Below the pieces are notes generated by a model that worked only from the letters and a program-made list of their open reading frames with translations, was not told the DNA's origin and searched no databases. Of a DNA stretch of 64,000 bases, positions 25,101 through 37,100 are shown in pieces. Each line of letters begins with the position of its first letter. Position 1 is the first letter of the stretch. The position numbers and the translations under genes are program-made. Origin of the DNA: Mobula hypostoma (lineage: Eukaryota); NCBI RefSeq assembly GCF_963921235.1, contig NC_086108.1, forward strand, positions 63,304,001-63,368,000. The letters are read 5' to 3'.

Positions 25101-28100
25101 TCAAAAAGAATGTGGTATTGTGTTTTAAAATGAACTTCTTGTTTATTCATTGTGGTAATGTTACCCCTTCCTATGCCTGTAGTTGGTTTTATCTAGTTCA
25201 CCCACATCTGCTTGGCTTTTCATGAAATTTATTTGCTTTTCTAAATACTGAGTTTTCTACTCCTTTGCATGCTAAGCTTTTCTGATTACAAATTAAGTAG
25301 AGAGAAGCTGTTTCCATTGTGCAGCAGTTCAAGGACTAGAATTTAAAGTGATGACTGAAACACGCCAGGGAACGTCTTTATTATTATGCCGAGAGTGATT
25401 ATAAATTGGAACACAAGGGTGGTGTAAGCATCATCAATTAGGGTTTTCTGAGGGGAAATGTGTAGACACTTGGCGACAAATTAATTTCAAGCCTGCAGTG
25501 GAATATGACTAACGGGATTTCTGCTCCTGGACTAGTGTGGACAGTTTGAATGGCTGCCTCATGTGCCGTAACAATCTCTGATTCTGTGATTTGTTCTCTT
25601 CAGGAATTATTCAGATAAGGTCATCAAGCTAGAGACCACAGTGGAGACATACAAAAAGAAACTGGATGATCTGAATGACTTGAAGCGACAGATGAAGTTA
25701 TTGGAAGATAAGAACATGATGTACATGCAGAATGTAGTCAGCCTGGAGGAGGAACTGCGTAAAGTTAATGCAGCTCGTGCTCAGTTAGAGACATACAAGA
25801 GACAAGTAAGCACAAATCCTGTTATGGGAGATTATGTTGCAGTTTCATGAATTACAATAATATATCATCTGTGTTATAATTTAAATCTACAAGTCATTTA
25901 ATAAAACACCATCTAATGCAGTACTTAGTCATAAGGTTCAGAAGATCCCACATTTGATTTGTGGTCTGTTGCAGAAGTGACCTTCTGTGAATAACAGGTG
26001 CATTGTCATTCATTGTATCAGCATTTCTGAAATGGAGCTGAGAAGGATACTTTCCTCACTGGAGAGCAGATTTGTTAACATTTTTAACAACTTAATTTGT
26101 TTGCATTATACCAAAAATATGGTAGTGGAAGAAAGGTTGTTGAAATTTCCTGTAATTATTGTTTCTGTTCGTGAAAAAATGCTATCCACAGATCATTTTA
26201 TACCTTACTGAATTCCAAATACGGAATAGCTTGGACAATTTCCTATCCGGTTGTTTGAAATAACATATGGTTCGGCATTTGGCACACTAGGAAATGTTTA
26301 CTGCATCCCCTCAAAACTCTCCAGGGTCCTGGTTAATATGCTCCCCCCTACTCCCTCACTTCTAGTTCCCTTGATCCCTTCAAACTGAACAAGCCTTGTT
26401 TTCTGTGCTTCATTTAAACAAAAAGCTTCACTGGAAAATGTATTACCCTACTATATAATAAATTTAAAAAGTGAATTTAAAGTATGCTGGGTTATGAGTG
26501 TGGAAAATTTGTTGGTCTGGCATGACCAAAATCCTAAAACTGCCAGATTATTGGAGTTCTTACTGCATGTGGAAGAGCAACTGCTGTTCCAGTGGGAACA
26601 GGTAACTTGAAATGGGTTAAAAATTGATCTGAGGACTTTACTATTTTGACCATAAGATAGAGGTGCAGAAATAGGCTGTTCAGCCCATCGAGTCTGCTCC
26701 GCCATTCAATTATGGGCCGATACAACTCTTCCAGTCATCCCCACTGTTTGTGAGGTGCGCATTTCCCCATTACACTACCGAAGATAATTATCTCAATGTA
26801 TTATATCACTGTACCAGTTGATCTGGTGACTTCACGTTAACACTGGATGCATTTTGTTATTCAAGGTTCAGGAACTCCACAACTCATTGTCTGGGGAAAT
26901 GAGAAGAGCAGACAAATTGGCTTTTGAGCTAAAACAGATTGAGGAAAAGCATGAAGCATTGCTGAAGGAAAAAGAAGTGAGTGTCTTTGCATTCAGATAG
27001 AAAGGGGCATCATTGTCTTTATAAACCCTTGAATTGGATTGCCTTATTGGCTGATACATTGTCATGCTTTGGTTCACTGCAAGGTTTTTATAAAGGCTTT
27101 GAACTTTATTTTCTTTGATCCACATATTTCTTGGTGGTGATAAATTGTTACCTATTTTGTCAGATGTGACTTAATTTACACCATTTATGAGCAAACATAC
27201 ATATTTTAGCCTAGCCCCTAAACGTTCAGTCAGTAAAAGTGGATCAGATACTTTAATATTGGCTAAAGCAGCTAAATCTAAATATTGAAAACACCATTGT
27301 CAAAATTCGTACATTTCCTATTTTATTCAGTACTTAATACTTCAGTTTCCTTGCTATTACATTGTTTCCAGCATTGCAAACTCAATTTCCACAGAACTTG
27401 TGTTCTATCTTCTCAAGCGAGGGGAATAAGGGTTTCTTTTTCAAATCCCTTTCCACGAATAATTGAACAGCATGCTGATAGCAGCTTAAAGAACCTGTTT
27501 CTCTGCCCCATCAACGTGGAATCAGTTTGCCTTTAGTTATCAAAATTGGCATTGGAATCTAGTCAGCTGAAAACTTCTGTGTGCATACTCTAACGGTCAA
27601 CACAGTCAAGCTTTTAGGTGATAAGGCCAATAGTTCAGATGCTGTGCTCAAAATCCAGCACTGCAAGTCATAATCTGTGTATTGCCAACAGATACACAGT
27701 GTAAGTTTGCTTAAAAAAAATCCAATTGATATACCACTATGTCAGGTAGTGATATTCTCCATAACTATGCAAATAGCCAAGAGAGGTATTCACCAAATGT
27801 ATAGGAAACAGGGGGTAAATCAGGTGCTTGAGGAGTATAAGAAGTGCAAGAAAATACTTAAGAAAGAAATCAGGAGGGCTAAAAGAAGACATGAGGTTGC
27901 CTTGGCAGTCAAAGTGAAAGATAATCCTAAGAGCTTTTATAAGTATATTAAGAGCAAAAGGATTGTAAGGGATAAAATTGGTCCTCTTGAAGATCAGAGT
28001 GGTCGGCTTTGTGTGGAACCAAAGGAAATGGGGGAGATCTTAAATAGGTTTTTTGCGTCTGTATTTACTAAGGAAGCTGGCATGAAAGCTATGGAATTGA

Positions 28101-31100
28101 GGGAATCAAGTAGTGAGAACATGGAAACTGTACAGATTGAAAAGGAGGAGGTGCTTGCTGTCTTGAGGAAAATTAAAGTGGATAAATCCCCGGGACCTGA
28201 CAGTGTGTTCCATCGGACTTTGAAGGAGACTAGTGTTGAAATTGTGGGGGCCCTGGCAGAAATATTTAAAATGTCGCTGTCTATGGGTGAAGTGCCGGAG
28301 GATTGGAGAGTGGCTCATGTTGTTCCGTTGTTTAAAAAAGGATCGAAAAGTAATCCGGGAAATTATAGGCTGGTGAGTTTAATGTTAGTAGTAGGTAAAT
28401 TATTGGAGGGAGTACTAAGAGACAGAATCTACAAGCACTTGGATAGACTGGGACTTATTAGGGAGAGTCAACGTGGCTTTGTGCGTGGTAGGTCACGTTT
28501 GACCAATCTGTTGGAGTTTTTCGAGGAGGTTACCAGGAAAGTGGATGAAGGGAAGGCAGTGGATATTGTCTACATGGACTTCAGTAAGGCCTTTGACAAA
28601 GTCCCGCATGGGAGGTTAGTTAGGAAAATTCAGTGGCTAGGTATACATGGAGAGGTGGTAAATTGGATTAGACATTGGCTTGATGGAAGAAGCCAGAGAG
28701 TGGTGGTAGAGAATTGCTTCTCTGAGTGGAGGCCTGTGACTAGTGGTGTGCCACAGGAATCAGTGCTGGGTCCATTGTTATTTGTCATCTATATCAATGA
28801 TCTGGATGATAATGTAGTAAATTGGATCAGCAAGTTTGCTGATGATACAAAGATTGGAGGTGGAGTAGACAGTGAGGAAGGTTTTCAGAGTCTGCAGAGG
28901 GACTTGGACCAGCTGGAAAAATGGGCTGAAAAATGGCAGATGGAGGTTAATACTGACAAGTGTGAGGTATTGCACGTTGGAAGGACAAACCAAGGTAGAA
29001 CATACAGGGTTAATGGTAAGGCACTGCGGAGTGCAGTGGAACAGAGGGATCTGGGAATACAGATACAAAATTCCCTACAAGTGTTGTCACAGGTAGATAG
29101 GGTCGTAAGAGAGCTTTTGGTACATTGGCCTTTATTAATCGAAGTATTGAGTATAAGAGCTGGAATGTTATGATGAGGTTGTATAAGGCATTGGTGAGGC
29201 CGAATCCGGAGTATTGTGTTCAGTTTTGGTCACCAAATTACAGGAAGGATATAAATAAGGTTGAAAGAGTGCAGAGAAGGTTTACAAGGATGTTGCCGGG
29301 ACTTGAGAAACTCAGTTACAGAGAAAGGTTGAATAGGTTAGGACTTTATTCCCTGGAGTGTAGAAGAATGAGGGGAGATTTGATAGAAGTATATAAGATT
29401 ATGATGGGTATAGATAGAGTGAGTGAATGCAAGCAGGCTTTTTCCACTGAGGCAAGGGGAGAAAAAAAACAGAGGACATGGGTTAAGGGTGAGGGGGGAA
29501 AAGTTTAAAGGGAACATTGGGGGGGCTTCTTCACACAGAGAGTGGTGGGAGTATGGAATAAGCTGTCAGACGAGGTGGTAAATGCGGATTCTTTTTTAAC
29601 ATTTAAGAATAAATTGGACAGATACATGGATGGGAGGTGTATGGAGGGATATGGTCCGTGTGCAGGTCAGTGGGACTAGGCAGAAAATGGTTCGGCACAG
29701 CCAAAAAGGGCCAAAGGGCCTGTTTCTGTGCTGTAGTTTCTATGGTTTCATCATCATAGTCTCAGTCATAGTACATCAATAATAAAGTCCAGGTTTGCTC
29801 ACAGAATAAATAATATCTGCTTTATTGTGTAATTTAAAATCATATTGAGATAGTAATCATTGCTTATTTCTGTTACTCATTGTTAATTATCTAATAATGT
29901 CTTTCATTCACTTCTATGTGGCTATTATTTATTAGAGTGTGTTTTTAACCTACAGCGGTTGATTATTGAACGTGATACTCTTAAAGAAACCAATGAGGAA
30001 CTCAAATGCACACAACTACAACAAGACCACTTACTGCAATCAGGTAAATGTCAATTCCTTTAATCAGTCACACTCCATGCTCAGTAATTTTTGTAGTTTT
30101 CAGCAACTGAATTAATGTATGTGTTATTTAAAACTCTTGCACATCTCAGGTTTTCAACTTTTATTGAGTTGTTATGATGGCATCAGTTTTATATTGAATG
30201 ATGTTAACTATTTACAAATTAGACTTTAGACATCTACCTATTGCTTAGTCCTAACTCCATAAACAACTAGACTGTGATTAGCTCAAATTGCATTGATAAC
30301 TATGAAAATAATCATTAAAAGAGCTTACACAAGCATTTTTTTGGAAAAACCTTTTATCATGATAATTAAATGTGAAATGGAACTATGCATCAAGGAGATG
30401 CAAATGGAGTCATAATATAAATATAACTTAATTATCCACATTAAATGGTGAATAATCTTAAGAATCTGATCTCTAGGTAAATTCACGTTGGCTTCGCATG
30501 ACCATCTTGCAGCTGAAATTCTTCCTGTGGAATACCGGTATAGCTATTACATTTCTGCTTTGTTCAAAAATTGATCTCTCTTAATCTTAATAGTAAAGCT
30601 TAGAAAATAATCACTTTGAATATGCTTCTCAATTTAAAAGCAGATAAAACATAGAAACAGAAAACATAGAAAAACTACAGCACAATACAGGCCCTTTGGC
30701 CCACAATGCTGTGCTGAACATATACTTACTTTAGAAATTACCTCGGGTTACCCATCGCCCTCTGTTTTTTTTTTAAGCTCCATGTACCTATCCAGAGATT
30801 CTTAAAAGACCCTATTGTATCTGCCTCCACCACCGTCGCTGGCAGCCCATTCCACACACTCACCACTCTCTGTGTATTTTTTAAAAAAAACTTACCCCTG
30901 ACATCTCCTCTGTACCTACTTCCAAGCACCTTAAAATTGTGCCTTCTCATGTTAGCCATTTCAGCCCTGGGAAAAGCCTCTGACTATCCACACAATCAAT
31001 GCCTCCCATTATCTTATATGTCTTGATCAAGTCACCTCTGATCCTCCATCACTCCAAGGAGAAAAGGCCAAGCTCACTCAACCTATTCTCATAAGGCATG

Positions 31101-34100
31101 CTCCCCAATCCAGGCAACATCCTTATAAATCTTCTCTGCATACTTTCTATAGCTTCCGCATCCTTCCTGTATTGATGTGACCAGAACTGAACACAGTACT
31201 CCAAGTGGGGTCTGACCAGGGTCCTGTAGAGCTGTAATATTACCTCTCGGCTCTTGAACTCAATCCCACAGCTGATGAAAGCTAATGCACCTTTTGCCTT
31301 TTTAACCACATAGTCAACTTGCGCAGCAGCTTTGTGTATCCTATGGACTCAGACTCCAAGATCCCTCTGATCCTCCGCACTGCCAAGACTCTTGCCATTA
31401 ATGCTATATTCTGCCATCAGACTTGACCTACCAAAATGAACCCACTTCATACTTATCTGGGTTGAACTCCATCTGCCACTTCTCAGCCCAGTTTTGCATC
31501 CTGTCAATGTCCCAGTGTAACCTCTGACAGCCCTTCACACTATCCACAACACCCCCAACCTTTGTGTCATCAGCAAATTTACTAACCTATCCCTCCACTT
31601 CCTCATCCAGGTCATTTATAAAAATCATGAAGAGAAGGGGTCCCAGAACAGATCCCTGGGGCACACCACTGGTCACCAACCTCCATGCAGGATATGACTC
31701 GTCTACAACCACACTTTGCCTTCTGTGGGCAAGCCAATTCTAGATCCATAAAGCAATATCCCCTTGGATCCCATGCCTCCTTACTTTTTCAATAAGCCTT
31801 GCATTGAGTACCTTATCAAATGCCTTGCTGAAATCCATATACACTACACCTACTGCTCACCTTCATCAATGTGTTTAGTCACATCCTTAAAAAATTCAGT
31901 CAGGTTCGTCAGGCACAACCTGCCTTTGACAAAGCCATGCTGACTATTCCTAATCATATTATGCCACTCCAATACCAACCACTGAAGTAAGACTTATTGG
32001 TCTATAATTTCCTGGGCTATCCCTATTCCCTTTCTTAAATAAGGGAGCAACATCTGCAACTCTCCAATCCTCCGGAAATTTTCCCATCCCCGTTGATGAT
32101 GCAAAGATCATTGCCAGAGGCTCAGCAATCTCTTCCCTCACCTTCCACAGTAGCCTGGGGTATATCCCATCCGGTACAGGTGACTTATCCAACTTAATGC
32201 TTTCCGAAAGCTCCAGCATGTCCTCTTCCTTAATATCTACATGCTCAAGCTTTTCAGTCCACTACAAGTCATCCCTACAATCGCCAAGATCCTTTTCCAT
32301 AGTGAATACTGAAGCAAAGTATTCATTAAGTACCTCTGCTATATCCTCCGGTTCCATATACTCTTTTCCACTGTCACTCTTGATTGGTCCTATTCTCTCA
32401 TGTCTTATCCTTTTGCTCTTCACATATTTGTGTGCTCTTCACACATTTGTCTTGGGGTTTTACTTAATCCTGCTCACCAAGGCCTTCTTATGTCCCCTTC
32501 TGGCTCTGCTAATTTCATTCTTAAGCTCCTTCCTGCTAGCCTTATAATTTTCTGGATCTCTATCATTACCTAGTTTTTTGAACCTTTCGTAAGCTTTTCT
32601 GTTCTTCTTGACTAGATTTTCAACAGACTTTGTACACCATGGTTCCTATACCCTACCATCCTTTCCCTGTCTCATTAGAACGTATCTATGCAGAATGCCA
32701 CACATATATCCCCTGAACATTTGCCACATTTCTGCCATTCATTTCCCTAGGAGCACCTGTTCCCAATTTATGCTTCCAAGTTTCTGCCTAAAAATTTCAT
32801 TATTTCCCCTTACACAATTTAAATGCTTTCCTTATTTGTCTGTTCCTATCCCTCTCCAATGCTATGGTAAAGGAGATAGAATTGTGATCATTGTTTCCAA
32901 AATGCTCTCCCACTGAGAGACCTGACACCTGGCCAGGTTCATTTCCTAATACCATTTCAAGTACAGTCTCCCCTCTTGGAGGCTTATCTACATATTGTGT
33001 CAGGAAACCTTCCTGAACACAACTAACAAACTCCACCCCATCTAAACTCCTTGCTCCAGGGAGATGCCTATCAATATTGAGGAAATTAAAATCTCCCATC
33101 ACAACAACCCTGTTATTATTGCACTGTAAGGAGCCATTCCTGCCCCTGAGCCATCCAAGTCTCTCAAATGGCCACAACATCATAACTCCAAATACTGATC
33201 TATGCTCTCAGCTCATCCACTTAGTTCATGATGCGCCTTGCATTAAAATAGACACATCTCAAACCATCAGTCTGAGCATATCCTTTCTCTATCACCTACC
33301 TATCCTCTCTTTCACACTGTCTGCAAGCTTTCTCGATTTGTGAGCCAACCACCCCTTCCTCCGCCTCTTCAGTTTGGTTCCCACCACCCAGTAATTTTAG
33401 TTTAAACTCTCCCCAATAGCCTTAGCAAACCTTCCTGTCAAGATATTGGTTCTCCTCGGATTTAAGTGCAACCGTCCTTTTTGTTCAGGTCACGCTTGCC
33501 CCAAAAGAGGTCCCAATGATCCAGAAATCTGAATCCCTGCCCCCTGCTCCAATCCCTCAGCCACGCATTTATCCTCCACCTCACTCTTTTCCTATACTTA
33601 TTGTTGGGTGGCACAGGCAGTAACCCCGAGATTACTACCTTTTGAGGTCCTGCTTCTCAACTTCCTTTCTAACTCCCTGTAGTCTATTTCAGAACCTCCT
33701 CCCTTTTCCTACCTATGCCGTTGGTACCAATATGTACCACGACCTCTGGCTGTTCTCCCTCCCACTGCAGGATATCACGGATGCGATATGAAACATCCTG
33801 GACCCTGCACCTGAGAGGCAAACTACCATCCGTGTTTCTTTCTTGCGTCAACAGAATCGCCTGTCTGACCCCCTAACTATAGAGTCCCCTATCACAACTG
33901 CCCTCCTCTTCCTTTCCCTACCCTTCTGAGCCACAGGGCCAGACTCTGTGCCAGAGGCGCGGCCGCTGTTGCTTCCCCCAGGTAGGCCATCCCCCCAACA
34001 GCACTCAAACAGGAGTACTTACTGTTAAGGGGGACAGCCACAGGGGTACTCTCTATTCTCTGACTCTTGCCCTTCCCCCTCTCCTGATTGTTACGCACTT

Positions 34101-37100
34101 ATCTGTCTCCAGAGGCCCCAGTGTTAACTTCAGGAAAGTTGGGTATTATTCTCTTTGCACCTAAATTCCCATGTGTTCTCTCGGTTTAACATATATTTGA
34201 TTATATACTCTTTCTCTGGAGATTCAGTTTAACTCTTTCAATAATTTCTGTAGGTTCTCAGGATAGTCCGCATAGTTTCCTGTGCTTAAAATAAAGATTT
34301 AAAGCAAAAAAAAACTAATATGGAAATATCCAAATAAATTTATTTACAAAGCTCCAAGTGCACATTTTTGTTGTAGTTGTGGTATTCATTGTTTTAAAAA
34401 CAAACTGAGCAATGATTCTATTATAAACCACTTCTCAGCCAGCAGAATAAGAATAATTCTTGTACTTGATGGGCTGATGATGCTTTTCCTATCTTGACAA
34501 CAGCCATTCTTGCAGTCGCACTCACCTTTTGCAATACATTAAAATTGATTGATCTGTATATCTGGTGGAGCAACCTGTGAGCCATGTTTAGGTCACGATG
34601 ACAGAGCCTGATTCCCCACCTCTGCAATGCCCTAATGGCTTTCCGGCAGACTTTTGGCATCAAAGTTATGGTTTAACATGTATTCAATTATTTACTGCTA
34701 TTTTACTGTTATACATCTTTAAATTATTTTTAAAAGTTTCAAATGTTCAAAGCAGTAGATGTAGTGCATATGGATTTCAGCAAGACATTTGATAAAGTAC
34801 CCCATGCAAGGCTTATTGAGAAACAACTTTGTGGGCCGAAGGGCCTGTATTGTGCTGTAGGTTTTCTATGTTTCTAAATATTTAAGATTATTCTGAGGAT
34901 TAAGAAGTTAACAAATAATTTTTGTAAGTTAAAAAATGTTGGCAAAATGCTTTGTGGAAATGTTAGTGGAGTGTGTTCCTGTGCACAGAGAGAGAAGTGC
35001 TGTTTACTATGGTGAAAATTGTTTCATAAGTTGAATACACAAAAGAAATCAAAGGTGTTAGAGTACAAATTCATAAACTGAGCATTTGTAAATTGAGTAT
35101 AAGCTGAATGTTTTAGTCTAACAAGTGCATGTTGTGTTGAGAGCACTTGACTGAGCAATAATAATTCAATTTTCTCTGGACACTTAGAGAGAAGTTCATT
35201 CGACTGCAACATGAGAACAAGATGTTACAACTGCAACAGGAGGGATCAGAGAATGAGCGGATTTCGATACTTCAGAAATTGTTAGACGAAGCAAATCGGA
35301 CAAAGAACGAACTGGAGACAGAAAATAGGTTGGGCTGTGTTTTGAATATGATCTGGCTTGCCAGACAACTGCTACTTTCTTCATCCATGTTTCTTAGGTG
35401 ATGCTCTGATTATCAAATGAATCTCCAGTTCAATTATCCTTTTGCTTTTTATGATGAGACTTAAGTTACAGTTTTTGATGTACAAGCTTCATTTTTCAAA
35501 ATTCAAAGTAACGTTAATTATCATGTCACCACATACAACCCTGAGTTGCTGGTGAATGCAGCAGGCCAGGCAGCATCTCTAGGAAGAGGTGCAGTCGACG
35601 TTTCAGGCCGAGACCCTTCGTCAGGACTAACTGAAGAAAGAGCTAGTAAGAGATTTAAAAATGGAAGGGGGAGGGGGAGATACAAAATGATAGGAGAAGA
35701 CAGGAGGGGGAGGGATGGAGCCAAGAGCTGGACAGGTGATTGGCAAAAGGGATACGAGAGGATCATGGGACAGGAGGCCCAGGGAGAAGGAAAAGGGGGA
35801 GGGGGGGAAACACAGAGGATGGGCAAGGGGTATAGTCAGAGGGACAGAGGGAGAAAAAGGAGAGTGAGAGAAAGAATGTGTGTATATAAGGGAATGTGTG
35901 TATATATGTGTATATGAGGGAATTAAATGCAGCATCTCCAAGTTTGCGGATGACACGAAGCTGGGCGGCAGTGTTAGCTGTGAGGAGAGTGCTAAGAGGA
36001 TGCAGGGTGACTTGGATAGGTTGGGTGAATGGGCAAATTCATGGCAGATGCAATTTAATGTGGATATATGTGAAGTTATCCACTTTGGTGGCAAAAATAG
36101 GAAAACAGATTATTATCTGAATGGTGGCCGATTAGGAAAAGGGGAGGTGCAACGAGACCTGGGTGTCATTATACACCAGTCATTGAAAGTGGGCATGCAG
36201 GTACAGCAGGCGGTGAAAAAGGCGAATGGTATGCTGGCATTTATAGCAAGAGGATCCGAGTACAGGAGCAGGGAGGTACTACTGCAGTTGTACAAGGCCT
36301 TGGTGAGACCACACCTGGAGTATTGTGTGCGGTTTTGGTCCCCTAATCTGAGGAAAGACATCCTTGCCATAGAGGGAGTACAAAGAAGGTTCACCAGATT
36401 GATTCCTGGGATGGCAGGACTTTCATATGAAGAAAGACTGGATGAACTAGGCTTGTACTCGTTGGAATTTAGAAGATTGAGGGGGGATCTGATTGAAACG
36501 TATAAAATCCTAAAGGGATTGGACAGGCTAGATGCAGGAAGATTGTTCCCGATGTTGGGGAAGTCCAGAACGAGGGGTCACAGTTTGAGGATAGAGGGGA
36601 AGCCTTTTAGGACTGAGATTAGGAAAAACTTCTTCACACAGAGAGTGGTGAATCTGTGGAATTCTCTGCCACAGGAAACAGTTGAGGCCAGTTCATTGGC
36701 TATATTTAAGAGGGAGTTAGATATGGCCCTTGTGGCTAGGGGGATCAGAGGGTATGGAGGGAAGGCTGGGGCAGGGTTCTGAGCTGGATGATCAGCCATG
36801 ATCATAATAAATGGCGGTGCAGGCTCGAAGGGCTGAATGGCCTACTCCTGCACCTATTTTCTATGTTTCTATGTTTCTAAATAACGGATGGGGTACGAGG
36901 GGGAGGTGAGGCATTAGCAGAAGTTAGAGAAGTCAATGTTCATGCCATCAGGTTGCAGGCTACCCAGACGGAATATAAGGTGTTGTTCCTCCAACCTGAG
37001 TGTGGCTTCATCTTTACAGTAGAGGAGGCCATGGATAGACATGTAAGAATGGGAATGGGATGTGGAATTAAAATGTGTGACAGTCCTTCCAGGTGAGGCG

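Noticed and set aside
27677..29173. 498-aa ORF as a domesticated RT gene
   Set aside because: The N-terminal ~40 codons are flanking intron; the remainder is a truncated CR1 ORF2 with a frameshift near 29110.
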